Source of the DNA: a virus
Length of the DNA stretch: 64,000 nt
IMG/VR virus record: IMGVR_UViG_3300015244_001866
Location: 27,952 to 91,951 of that record
Direction: 5' to 3' (one strand)
Each line of letters begins with the position of its first letter. Within the stretch, counting starts at the first letter, position 1. The position numbers and the translations under genes are program-made. The notes beneath the pieces were generated by a model, which saw nothing but the letters and a program-made list of their open reading frames with translations, was not told where the DNA came from and did no database searches. Shown piece by piece: positions 48,104 to 57,943 of this stretch.

Positions 48104-51100
48104 ATGGCAACATTACAATCACCAGGCGTTCAGGTTACAGTTATTGATGAGAGTTTCTATACACCGTCCGCCCCAGGAACCGTACCTTTAATCGTAGTAG
48201 CATCAGCACAAGATAAGGCTAATGCTAGCAAAACAGGTACAGCACAAGGAACAACTCAAGCCAATGCTGGTAAAGTTTGGACCATTACATCACAACGAGA
48301 TTTAGCAGACACATTTGGTGTTCCTACATTCTATACTGATGCAAGTCAAAACCCAATTCACGGTGGCGAGCTTAATGAATACGGTCTTCAAGCTGCCTAC
48401 AGTTTGCTAGGAATTAGTAGCAAGGCCTATGTTGTCCGCGCAGATATTAATCTAACTGAACTGGCAGTTAAAAGCAGTATCCCAAATGGACTTCCAGTTA
48501 GTGGAACATATTGGCTAGACTCCGGCAATACATTATTTGGAATTAATGAATGGGATGCAGTAAATAGTGTCTTTACACCGATAACTCCTATTATTATTGA
48601 TGATAGTAATACTAGCACCCAACTAACAGGATTAGTTCCTAAGTCTTCAGTAGGAGCTATTGGTTCTTATGCAGTAGTTGCTACTTCTGATAACGAAAAT
48701 CCGATCTACTACAAGAACAAAAATAATCAATGGGTTTTACTTGGATCAAACGATGAGTCACAGTTTAACTCAAATAATAATACTAGCACATGGATAAGCC
48801 ATAGTTGGCAGTCTAGCTGGCCTGTTGTCACCGCCGCCACTGCTCCAGCAGGTGTTAATAATGCCAATAGTGTGGTCATCAACGGACAGAGTGTTACACT
48901 AGGAACAACAAGTACAGTTGGTATTGTTAGTTCAATTAACAATCAGGTAAATCAGTTCAAAGTTGGGGCAAAAATCAGTACCGCAGGTAAGATAGAATTA
49001 TATTCTACTGCTGGTACTACTACTACTGGTGCTATATTATTATCCGGAACTGCCCTAAGCAGTCTTGGACTAACAGCTGGCAGCTATGACCCCGTTACAT
49101 TAACCATTGCTAAACACACACAAGTTCCTCAGTATGCTACAGACGGTGTGCCAAGCGGCAGTGCTTATATCAAAACAACTAGCTATGCTAGAGGTGCAAG
49201 TTGGGTAGTAAAATACTACAACGGTTCAACACAGACTTGGGGTACTGTTTCTGCCCCGCTATATGCAAATGGTGCAGAGGCTATTAAATCTCTAGATCTT
49301 ACCGGCGGAAAAAATATTGCATCAGGTGCACTATATGTTGAAAGCAACTATGATCACGGCACCGGCGCTCGTAGCACTTCTACACAATTAGCTAATTTTA
49401 AAATTTATCGTCGCAATGCGACTAGTCCTACTACTGTAACTGGAGCAAATGATGTCACCAGTGTAGCAGTTACTACTGCTACCAGTTTTTGGATGTCTGA
49501 GACCGTTGCAGGCTCTTCTACAGTTAGCGTAGAGAGACAAATTATTGTTTCTGCAACATCTGGTACTGTAGCTGGCGCAACTATCGTTACAGCTATTAGT
49601 GCCGCTGGATTTACAAATACTAATGCAACATTAAACACAGATGGTACTATTAGCATTAGCCACACACTAGGTGGCGAAATATATTTGAGAGAAAATAATA
49701 GTCTATCTCCTATCCTTCCAACACTTGGATTTACTGGTTACAATATGGCTCTTAAGACTGGTACTGTAAATCTATACGACAAAGGCGACTATGACAGCTA
49801 TACATACAAAGCTACCAACTGGAAGCCACTAGTCTATGAAGCTAAATCTTCAGCGCCATACACTAATCCTGCAAACGGTACATTATACTACGGTTCAAAT
49901 TTAACTGAAGCTGATATCATGTATCACAACGGCACTACATGGGTTGGCTACAAAACAGCATTCCCTAGTTCAGACCCAAATGGACCTCAAATCAAAGCAT
50001 CTGCACCAACTAAGCAGAGCGATGGCACTGACCTAGTTGATGGCGATATATGGATTGACTATTCTAATTCAGAATTGTACGGAAAAATTGTTTATGTTTG
50101 GAATGCCACAACACTGAAATGGGTCCTACAAGATACAACAGATCAAGAAACTCCCAATGGATGGGTGTTCAAAGATGCACGTTGGGCCGCAAGCGGTCAA
50201 GCAAGTTCTCCTGCTACAATTAAAGATTTGCTCACTAGTGATTATCTAGATCCGGATGCTCCAGATCCTGCAGAATATCCTCAAGGTACACGCCTATGGA
50301 ACCTACGTCGTTCAGGATACAATGTTAAGAAATACATAGTAAACCATATTGACGTCAATGCAAATGACGGAAATAATCCACGTTACATTAATGATCCTAT
50401 GGACGGTTCTAATGCAACTACTGCTTATTTTGCAGATCGTTGGGTTAGCGTAAGTCCTAATGCTGCCGATGGTAGCGGAACATTTGGTCGTAAGGCTCAA
50501 AGAGGATTTGTTGTAGCTTCAATGAAATCTTTGATTGATACAAATCAACAAATTCGAGATACAGACACGTTAGTGTTTAATCTTATTGCAACACCTGGAT
50601 ATCCAGAACTTGTACAAAATATGATTGCACTAAATGCTGATAGATCATATACTGGTTTTGTTGTAGGTGATACACCGTTTAGATTAAAAGCCACAGGCAC
50701 TGAGTTAGCTAATTGGGGTACTAATGCTGCCTTGGCTACTGACAATGGTGATGAAGGCGGTACAAGTTATGACGAGTATATGGCATTCTTCTACCCAAGC
50801 GGTTACACTAACGATAACAGCGGCAACAAGATTGTTGTTCCACCAAGCCACATGATGTTACGTACAATCGCAACTAGCGATCAAAAGAGTTATGTATGGT
50901 TTGCACCAGCCGGTATTCGCAGGGGCGGCGTTGATAACGCAACATCTGTAGGATATTTAGAAAACGGTGAGTTCAAGACTACAGCATTACCAACTAATAT
51001 TAGAAACGTAATGATTGAGACTGCAAAGATTAATCCTATTGCTACACTTAACGGTGTTGGAATTGTAAATTTTGGTAATTTAACCAGAGCCAAAGGCGCT

Positions 51101-51430
51101 AGTTCATTAGATAGAATTAATGTTTCTAGACTAGTTGCTTATCTACGCAGACAGTTGGACATTTTAAGTCGTCCATTCTTGTTTGAACCTAATGATAAAA
51201 ATACTAGAAATGAAATCAAGAGCGCGGCTGAAAGTCTAATGATTGAATTAGTCGGTCAGCGAGCCATTTATGACTTCATCGTACAGTGTGATGAAACAAA
51301 CAACACACCTACTCGCGTAGACCGATCAGAACTATGGATGGACGTTGCCATAGAACCAGTTAAGGCCGTAGAGTTCATTTATATTCCATTAAGATTGAAG
51401 AATACTGGTGAGATCAAAGCTGGTTTATAA
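48104..51430 (+). CDS. Tail sheath protein (T4 gp18-like), enlarged
   Basis: N-terminal 'LQSPGVQVTVIDES'; C-terminal 'WFAPAG..RG', 'INPI', 'LDRINVSRL', 'FLFEPND', 'CDETNNTP', 'PVKAVEFIYI'. TAAATA 48066-48071 and AGGAG SD. Confidence 0.92.
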   Translation: MATLQSPGVQVTVIDESFYTPSAPGTVPLIVVASAQDKANASKTGTAQGTTQANAGKVWTITSQRDLADTFGVPTFYTDASQNPIHGGELNEYGLQAAYSLLGISSKAYVVRADINLTELAVKSSIPNGLPVSGTYWLDSGNTLFGINEWDAVNSVFTPITPIIIDDSNTSTQLTGLVPKSSVGAIGSYAVVATSDNENPIYYKNKNNQWVLLGSNDESQFNSNNNTSTWISHSWQSSWPVVTAATAPAGVNNANSVVINGQSVTLGTTSTVGIVSSINNQVNQFKVGAKISTAGKIELYSTAGTTTTGAILLSGTALSSLGLTAGSYDPVTLTIAKHTQVPQYATDGVPSGSAYIKTTSYARGASWVVKYYNGSTQTWGTVSAPLYANGAEAIKSLDLTGGKNIASGALYVESNYDHGTGARSTSTQLANFKIYRRNATSPTTVTGANDVTSVAVTTATSFWMSETVAGSSTVSVERQIIVSATSGTVAGATIVTAISAAGFTNTNATLNTDGTISISHTLGGEIYLRENNSLSPILPTLGFTGYNMALKTGTVNLYDKGDYDSYTYKATNWKPLVYEAKSSAPYTNPANGTLYYGSNLTEADIMYHNGTTWVGYKTAFPSSDPNGPQIKASAPTKQSDGTDLVDGDIWIDYSNSELYGKIVYVWNATTLKWVLQDTTDQETPNGWVFKDARWAASGQASSPATIKDLLTSDYLDPDAPDPAEYPQGTRLWNLRRSGYNVKKYIVNHIDVNANDGNNPRYINDPMDGSNATTAYFADRWVSVSPNAADGSGTFGRKAQRGFVVASMKSLIDTNQQIRDTDTLVFNLIATPGYPELVQNMIALNADRSYTGFVVGDTPFRLKATGTELANWGTNAALATDNGDEGGTSYDEYMAFFYPSGYTNDNSGNKIVVPPSHMMLRTIATSDQKSYVWFAPAGIRRGGVDNATSVGYLENGEFKTTALPTNIRNVMIETAKINPIATLNGVGIVNFGNLTRAKGASSLDRINVSRLVAYLRRQLDILSRPFLFEPNDKNTRNEIKSAAESLMIELVGQRAIYDFIVQCDETNNTPTRVDRSELWMDVAIEPVKAVEFIYIPLRLKNTGEIKAGL

Positions 51431-51460
51431 TATGGTAAATAATAAAAAAGGAGCATATAC

Positions 51461-52081
51461 ATGCCAATTAGCTTAACTAATTTAACAGTGCCAAAGGGAG
51501 GCTCCGGCGGGGGCTCTGAGCCATTGTTAATGCCAAAATTAAAATATCGTTACAGAGTAACGTTTGATAAGTTTGGCGCAAATGGCGGCACTCATGAATT
51601 AACTAAACAAGTCATGACCTGTGCAAGACCAGATGTGTCATTCGAGAACATTGAGCTATCTGTTTATAACAGCAAGATTAACTATGCTGGTCGTTATACC
51701 TGGGCAGAACTTCAAATTGTTCTAAGAGATGACATGTCTAATAACGTAAGCAAATTGGTCGGTCAGCAAATTCAGAAGCAGTTTGATTTCTTTGAACAAT
51801 CTAGTGCAGTCAGCGGTCAAGACTATAAATTCACAACTAATATCGAAATATTAGACGGTGGCAATGGTGCTAACGCTGTAGGTATTTTAGAAGCATTTGT
51901 TCTAGAAGGTTGCTACATACAAAAAGCTACCTACGGACAAGGCGACTATAAGAGCAGTGATCCTCAAGACATTACACTAACACTAAAATACGATAACGCA
52001 TATCAAACAGATGAAACCGGTGGTGTAGGCGGTATTGGTGCATTTGTCGGAAGAACTGGACAGACTCTAATATCAGGTTAA
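51461..52081 (+). CDS. Tail tube protein (T4 gp19-like)
   Basis: Directly follows the sheath gene. 'PKLKYRYRV.F', 'RP', 'YAGRYTW', 'ITLTLKYD'. TAAATA 51436-51441 and AGGAG SD. Confidence 0.8.
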   Translation: MPISLTNLTVPKGGSGGGSEPLLMPKLKYRYRVTFDKFGANGGTHELTKQVMTCARPDVSFENIELSVYNSKINYAGRYTWAELQIVLRDDMSNNVSKLVGQQIQKQFDFFEQSSAVSGQDYKFTTNIEILDGGNGANAVGILEAFVLEGCYIQKATYGQGDYKSSDPQDITLTLKYDNAYQTDETGGVGGIGAFVGRTGQTLISG

Positions 52082-52092
52082 ACAACCTAGAC

Positions 52093-52119
52093 AAAAAAGG
52101 CCCTGCAGGGCCTTTTTTT
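52093..52119 (+). terminator. Intrinsic (possibly bidirectional) terminator
   Basis: Palindrome AAAAAAGGCCCTGCAGGGCCTTTTTT(T) after the tube gene. Confidence 0.85.
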
Positions 52120-52136
52120 GTGGCATAAATATCTAT

Positions 52137-53252
52137 ATGGCAAATAGCGTACTAGATGGATTTTTAACAGGCTTCTTTGGCTCTGATGGTTACATGCGAG
52201 ATTTTCGTCACGCAAGTAGATTATATAGGGATGATAATCTCTATGACCTAGCCCCTAAGGCCGGATGGTTATACTATGTAAGATTAAAGATTAATCCCGA
52301 GATTAGAAATCTCTTAGACCCAACATGGGCAGAAAGATATTCAAAATTTGTGGGCCTCATGGCTAAGGAAGCGGAACTTCCAAGATTTTTAATTAGTACT
52401 GAAACACTCAATCAATACAATAAGAAAACAGTAATACAGAATAAGATAACATACAGTCCTGTTACTATAACATTCCATGATGACATGGCTAACGCTACTA
52501 CTGAACTATGGCGCAACTACTATCAATATTATTATGCTGACGGAGTGTATGGTCAAAATAATTTTGGAAATAAAATTCCAGTTGAATATACCGACAATGT
52601 AAAATACAATGATAGTATATCACCTTATGGCCTAGCCAACGGTATTGATAAACGATTCTTTTCTGCCATTGAAATTTATCTACTTAATAAAAAGAAATTT
52701 AGCAGTATAACATTAGTCAATCCAATGATAAAAGAATGGTCACATGGTCAAGTACAGCAGATGGGTAATCAACTTTTAGAAAGTAAAATGACTGTTGAAT
52801 ATGAATCTGTATTCTACGACAAAGGTAAGACACGCCTACTCCAAATTAATGACGAACATTATGATAAAAAGCCAAGCCCGTTGAGTATTGCTGGTGGCGG
52901 TATATTAGGGATTGCTGGAGTAGTTGGCGGTGCTTCGGAGATCTTTGGTGAAGATGGATTGTTTTCTAATGCCAATAGTCCATTAGACGTGGCAAAAGCA
53001 GTCTTTGCCACTGCAAATCTAGTTAAAAATGCTAACAAATTAACTGCGGCTGATGCAACACGATATGGGTATAGTGTGTTAGGTAGTCCTTTGGCAAACT
53101 TTGCCAATCGAGGAGATACGCCAGCGCCAATCAGTGGAAAATTACCAAGCGGTAACAATGCTAGGGTAAACCTTTATAAGTATCCAAATAAGAGCGTAGA
53201 TGGATCAATCTCTGCAAAGCCATCAAACGTAACAGGCACAAATAGGTCATGA
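52137..53252 (+). CDS. Tube-fold baseplate/tail-tube initiator-like protein (gp48/gp54-like)
   Basis: 'ELPRF.I.TETLNQYNKK..I.Y.PVTITFHDD', 'LVNPMI..WSH', 'MTVEYE'; follows the tube gene. Confidence 0.55.
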   Translation: MANSVLDGFLTGFFGSDGYMRDFRHASRLYRDDNLYDLAPKAGWLYYVRLKINPEIRNLLDPTWAERYSKFVGLMAKEAELPRFLISTETLNQYNKKTVIQNKITYSPVTITFHDDMANATTELWRNYYQYYYADGVYGQNNFGNKIPVEYTDNVKYNDSISPYGLANGIDKRFFSAIEIYLLNKKKFSSITLVNPMIKEWSHGQVQQMGNQLLESKMTVEYESVFYDKGKTRLLQINDEHYDKKPSPLSIAGGGILGIAGVVGGASEIFGEDGLFSNANSPLDVAKAVFATANLVKNANKLTAADATRYGYSVLGSPLANFANRGDTPAPISGKLPSGNNARVNLYKYPNKSVDGSISAKPSNVTGTNRS

Positions 53253-53623
53253 ATTTTTATAACAATATTCCTAACGAAAAAACTTCAGCCAGTACTGATA
53301 AAACTTTAGATTTTTTTAATACATTTTATGAGTCTCCAGTTGAATTAGATAATTCATCATTAACTGCTATCAAAGGATTTTTTGAAAGCAAAGGATTTAA
53401 ATCAGACGCTAGCGAGTCAGTGTCTATAATTATAATTTCACAGGCAAAGAAAGATAATTTAAATCCTTTTGACATTATAGATACATTAAAAGGATTAAAT
53501 GATATAGAGCTCAGTGCTATTGTAGGAGAGATTCTAAATTACAACAGATTTAAAACTAGTAATTTAGGAGTCACAATGGTCAATGAGATTACTGAACTGG
53601 TCAAACGAAATATTGTAGTATGA
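53249..53623 (+). CDS. Hypothetical protein
   Basis: 124-aa ORF with ATGA overlaps at both ends. Confidence 0.6.
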   Translation: MNFYNNIPNEKTSASTDKTLDFFNTFYESPVELDNSSLTAIKGFFESKGFKSDASESVSIIIISQAKKDNLNPFDIIDTLKGLNDIELSAIVGEILNYNRFKTSNLGVTMVNEITELVKRNIVV

Positions 53624-54063
53624 GTTTAAAATTCAGTCAAGGAATATTTAATTTAAAAAATCCTGACAAATACATAGGACTAGGCAGTCCAAGATATCGG
53701 TCGTCATGGGAGTTTTCTGTGATGCGTATGTGCGATGAAAATGATGCTATAGAACAATGGGCTAGTGAATCTGTTAAGATACCTTACAGAGACCCCCTAA
53801 CTGGAAAACATACCATATATGTTCCGGACTTCCTTGTTGTATTCTCAGATAATAAAAAAAATAAGAGAGCAGAACTCTGGGAAATTAAACCAGTTAATCA
53901 AAGTTTCAAAGAACGAGTTGGTAAAAATGTTTATAACCAAGCCCAGTACGTCCGCAATCAAGTTAAGTGGGAAGCGGCTAGAGCATGGTGCAAGCAAAAT
54001 GGAATTAAATTTAGAATAATTACTGAACACGATTTGTATCATACTGGTAAAAAGATGAGATAA
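53620..54063 (+). CDS. Head completion nuclease (T4 gp4-like, TnsA-N PD-(D/E)XK fold)
   Basis: 'NPDKYIG', 'YRSSWE', 'WASE..IPY', 'YVPDF', 'EIKP', 'KWEAA..WC', 'FRIITE'. Confidence 0.85.
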   Translation: MSLKFSQGIFNLKNPDKYIGLGSPRYRSSWEFSVMRMCDENDAIEQWASESVKIPYRDPLTGKHTIYVPDFLVVFSDNKKNKRAELWEIKPVNQSFKERVGKNVYNQAQYVRNQVKWEAARAWCKQNGIKFRIITEHDLYHTGKKMR

Positions 54064-54073
54064 GTATTTGACT

Positions 54074-54550
54074 ATGACTAAGAAACTTGAAGAATTGCTA
54101 GATATACACACTAATAAAGAGACAGTAGAATCCCCGTCTGTTGAGGTTAATCCCCCAATAATCAGTCTCGAAGATAGGCTTGAAGAATTTAATAAAATTT
54201 CCTCCGCCCTTCCTAGGGTCAAAGGACTAGGCGATATAAGTGATGCAGAGTTAGATAGTTTGGCTAAAAAAGCAGAAGACGCCTATGACGATATAATGGA
54301 CTTAGCCATGCAAGTTGAACCAAAATATAGTGCTCGAATGTTTGAAGTTGCTACCGGAATGCTATCAGCGGCAATTACTGCTAAAACTAACAAAATTGAT
54401 AAAAAACTTAAGATGGTTGATCTACAACTTAAAAAGCTAGCAATTGATAGGAAAAACGGAGATGGAAACGGAAATACTGTAGAAGCCGAAGCAGTAATTG
54501 TTACAGATAGGAACAGCATACTGGCTAAACTTAAAAATCTAAATAAATAA
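54074..54550 (+). CDS. Probable terminase small subunit (gp16-like)
   Basis: Helical protein with 'ARMFEVATGML', resembling the gp16 'PRxxEV' region. Lies upstream of the large terminase. Confidence 0.5.
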   Translation: MTKKLEELLDIHTNKETVESPSVEVNPPIISLEDRLEEFNKISSALPRVKGLGDISDAELDSLAKKAEDAYDDIMDLAMQVEPKYSARMFEVATGMLSAAITAKTNKIDKKLKMVDLQLKKLAIDRKNGDGNGNTVEAEAVIVTDRNSILAKLKNLNK

Positions 54551-54555
54551 TCGAT

Positions 54556-55185
54556 ATGGAAACCAATATGAAACCATTTAAAGAATACCTTTCTGAAGGC
54601 GTTAAAAAATACGACTTTCGCGTGAAAATTGCGGGAGATGCTAATAAAGATCTTGAAACAAAACTTGAAAGTCTTTTAGACAAATTTAAAGTTTCAAGTT
54701 TTAAGAAACTTACAACAACTCCTGTACAGTCATTGCCCTTAGATTTTCCTAAACTCAGTAACGAGCAAGTTCATATCTATGAAGTTGTATTAGATTATCC
54801 AACAACACAAGACGAATTAAGAAATTATATCGGTGCTGGTTTAAAAATTGCAAGAGAAAATCTTGCTGTTCGTAGACCAGGAGAACCATTAGAAGAATAT
54901 CAAGATTCCAGTTCGGGAAGAAAAGGCGAAGATACACTACTAACTGACCCTGACTATAAAGAATCACCAAATGCTAAATTTGAAGACTACTATGGTGATC
55001 AATATAATCAATCTTTCCTTAAAGAACTAGGTGATGTGCTTAAACTACAACGTCATGCAAGAGGTGAAGTTATTCCTAATAAGGCCGATGATGTAACCAA
55101 GGCTGACGGTAAAACTTTAAATGATATCCCACAAAACAACACCAGCCCTATACAACAGGCTACCAAATACGATCCAAGGAAATAA
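54556..55185 (+). CDS. Hypothetical protein, possible head-internal protein (alternative start 54568, MKPFKEYLSE)
   Basis: TAAATA 54544-54549. The N-terminus resembles the T4 capsid-targeting sequence. Confidence 0.55.
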   Translation: METNMKPFKEYLSEGVKKYDFRVKIAGDANKDLETKLESLLDKFKVSSFKKLTTTPVQSLPLDFPKLSNEQVHIYEVVLDYPTTQDELRNYIGAGLKIARENLAVRRPGEPLEEYQDSSSGRKGEDTLLTDPDYKESPNAKFEDYYGDQYNQSFLKELGDVLKLQRHARGEVIPNKADDVTKADGKTLNDIPQNNTSPIQQATKYDPRK

Positions 55186-55187
55186 TT

Positions 55188-56282
55188 ATGCAGATGATAA
55201 ATGTTTTGAAAAAATTAGCCGAACTAGATAGCGGCAATCCTAATGTAGCAAATCCTTTGGTACAGATACCTATATATAGCGTAGCTGAAGGTGCTAATTC
55301 CGAATTACCACAGCTTCCAGAGCTACATGATCTATCTACACTAAAAGCACTTAGTGGCCTAAAAAAGATTGACGAATGCGGCATGATGCCTGATGCTATG
55401 GGCATGGGACATTCAACTCCAGCCTCGTTCAGTCTTAATGCATCTGCTGCCAGCGGTGATGAAGTGGCAAACATGCTGACTCAAATTATGAATCTTGCCG
55501 GAGTTCATCAAGTTGGACCTAGCGATATGCCAGCGCTCAATCCAGGTGCATCAGTACTAACTGCTGAACCAACACTAGGTGGTGATGATTCTTCAGACCA
55601 AGACGATCAACCCGATCAAGGTGCTAGCGACGGCGAAGTAATGCGCTCTATGATTGATAAAATGAATCCTCCAGAAGACGAAAGTGTAATGGCAGGCGGT
55701 GATAGTCCGGTAGCTAGCATGGCTGACGAAGTACGTGGTATGGCCGACGAACTTGCTAGTACTGACAAAGATGAACTAGGCTTAGAAAGTTATGACAATA
55801 CTCCTAACAGTCCTTTTAATGTTGGCCCATCAGACACAAATGCACACGCATATCAACCTAATCTAGGAACAGCGGCTGGCAGAGGGTTTGCAAACAATCC
55901 CCGTGCTACCACACAAGAAACTATTGCACAAGAACTATTTTCTGAATACAGAAAATTTGTATCAGAAGCAGAAGAAAAGACAATGAGCCGTGCGGCTAAA
56001 GGTTATATGAAGTACGGTAAAAAAGGTATGAAGGCATTAGCTGATGCAGGCCGCGAAGGCAAAGATCTTGAGCCAATTCAAGACAAATTCAACAAATATA
56101 AAGAAGGATACAATCCTAATTCAGTCGATGCTGAACATCGCAGAAGTTTAGAAAAATCGCATGAAGATAGCTTGAAGAAAAAAGCAGATGACGGCGATGA
56201 GTCAGCTAAGAAACGGTTGCAAGCATTGAAAGACAAAAAAGAACGTATGCGTAACGATTATAACGATCGTATGGAAAGATAA
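55188..56282 (+). CDS. Hypothetical acidic, low-complexity protein (possible prohead core/internal protein)
   Basis: 364 aa, D/E/A/P-rich, with several hydrophobic-x-E motifs. Confidence 0.55.
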   Translation: MQMINVLKKLAELDSGNPNVANPLVQIPIYSVAEGANSELPQLPELHDLSTLKALSGLKKIDECGMMPDAMGMGHSTPASFSLNASAASGDEVANMLTQIMNLAGVHQVGPSDMPALNPGASVLTAEPTLGGDDSSDQDDQPDQGASDGEVMRSMIDKMNPPEDESVMAGGDSPVASMADEVRGMADELASTDKDELGLESYDNTPNSPFNVGPSDTNAHAYQPNLGTAAGRGFANNPRATTQETIAQELFSEYRKFVSEAEEKTMSRAAKGYMKYGKKGMKALADAGREGKDLEPIQDKFNKYKEGYNPNSVDAEHRRSLEKSHEDSLKKKADDGDESAKKRLQALKDKKERMRNDYNDRMER

Positions 56283-56301
56283 ACATTCTGTTCAAGATAC
56301 C

Positions 56302-56329
56302 AAAAAAGCACCTTCGCGGTGCTTTTTTT
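56302..56329 (+). terminator. Intrinsic terminator
   Basis: AAAAAAGCACC-TTCGC-GGTGCTTTTTTT. Confidence 0.85.
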
Positions 56330-56342
56330 ATGTAAATAACGT

Positions 56343-57932
56343 ATGGGATCAAAAAATTTAGACGGTCAGCTTATAAAACGTGCGCACACGCAACAGCGTT
56401 TTACAGAACAAGACATTGAAGATTTAATGAAATGTCAGGATAATATCAACGGACCACATTACTTTCTTGATAATTTTTTCTACATTCAACATCCCGTAAA
56501 AGGCAAATTAAAATATACAGCTTTTAATTATCAACGTCGATTAATTGACAGCTATCACGGTCACAGATTCAACGTTAATTTATTACCTCGACAGACAGGT
56601 AAGACAACTACAGCCGCTGGCTACCTATTATGGTATGCAATGTTCATACCAGATAGTACAATTCTAATTGCCGCACACAAATACACAGGCGCACAAGAAA
56701 TTATGTCGCGTATTCGATATGCTTACGAACTATGCCCTGATCGTATTCGATGCGGTGTTACCAGCTATAATAAACAAAGCATTGAATTTGACAACGGCAG
56801 TCGTATTGTAGCACAGACAACAACTGAAACAACCGGTCGTGGTATGTCACTGTCCTTGCTATACGCTGACGAGTTTGCCTTCGTGGCACCTAACATTGCT
56901 AGTGAATTCTGGACTTCTATTTCGCCTACACTGGCCACAGGTGGTAAGGCCATTATCACATCAACACCCAACTCAGACGAAGATCAATTTGCCACTATTT
57001 GGAAAGAAGCAAACAAAAAGTTTGACGACTTTGGTAATGAAACTATTATAGGACGGAATGGATTCTTTCCATTCCGAGCGTTTTGGAACGAGCATCCTGA
57101 TCGTGATGAAATTTGGGCCAATGAGGAACGTAGTCGTATCGGTGAAGAACGATTCCGTCGTGAGCACGATTGTGAATTCTTGATTTTTGATGAAACACTG
57201 ATCAACAGTAGTTGTCTTGCAGAATTAGAAGGGATTGAACCAATAACCAAAATGGGTCAGGTTAGGTGGTATAGAAAAATTAATCCACAGGCTACCTATA
57301 TTGTGTCGCATGACCCTAGCTTGGGCACAGGCGGCAATCATGCTGGTATCGAGGTATTAGAATTACCAGAACTTAAACAGGTTGCAGAGTGGCAAAATAA
57401 CACAACTCCGGTGCAACAACAAGTTAAGATCCTAAGAGAAATTTGCAAGTATATAGACCACCAGTGCATGGAAAAAGGCGTCCCTTCATCAATTTACTAT
57501 TCAGTAGAAAACAATACGGTAGGAGAAGCGGCCTTGGTGGCCATAAACGAAATGGGTGAAGAGACTATTCCAGGTATGTTCTTAAGCGAGCCTGTGAAAC
57601 GTGGTCATGTACGCCGTTTCCGCAGGGGATTTAATACTACAAACACGTCTAAAATTTCTGCCTGTGCAAAATTTAAGCAGTTAGTAGAACAGCATAAAAT
57701 AGAAATTTACAGTAAAAGCCTTATATCAGAAATGAAAACTTATGTTGCTAACGGTATTACATTCAAGGGCAAAAATGAAGAAAGTGACGACCTTGTCAGT
57801 GCTATGTTACTGGCTGTACGCATGATTACAGTACTAGGAGATTGGGATCCTGTGGTCTATAATAAGATAGTAGAAGATGCCCGCTTAGAGGACTTCGAAC
57901 TGCCCATGCCTATCCACATACAAACTTTTTAA
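56343..57932 (+). CDS. terL: Terminase large subunit (T4 gp17-like)
   Basis: Adenine-binding 'YQ', Walker A 'PRQTGKTT', Walker B 'LLYADEFAF', 'ITSTPN', 'FRREHDCEF', nuclease 'HDPSLG' and 'DDLV'. Confidence 0.95.
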   Translation: MGSKNLDGQLIKRAHTQQRFTEQDIEDLMKCQDNINGPHYFLDNFFYIQHPVKGKLKYTAFNYQRRLIDSYHGHRFNVNLLPRQTGKTTTAAGYLLWYAMFIPDSTILIAAHKYTGAQEIMSRIRYAYELCPDRIRCGVTSYNKQSIEFDNGSRIVAQTTTETTGRGMSLSLLYADEFAFVAPNIASEFWTSISPTLATGGKAIITSTPNSDEDQFATIWKEANKKFDDFGNETIIGRNGFFPFRAFWNEHPDRDEIWANEERSRIGEERFRREHDCEFLIFDETLINSSCLAELEGIEPITKMGQVRWYRKINPQATYIVSHDPSLGTGGNHAGIEVLELPELKQVAEWQNNTTPVQQQVKILREICKYIDHQCMEKGVPSSIYYSVENNTVGEAALVAINEMGEETIPGMFLSEPVKRGHVRRFRRGFNTTNTSKISACAKFKQLVEQHKIEIYSKSLISEMKTYVANGITFKGKNEESDDLVSAMLLAVRMITVLGDWDPVVYNKIVEDARLEDFELPMPIHIQTF

Positions 57933-57943
57933 TAAATATAGCT

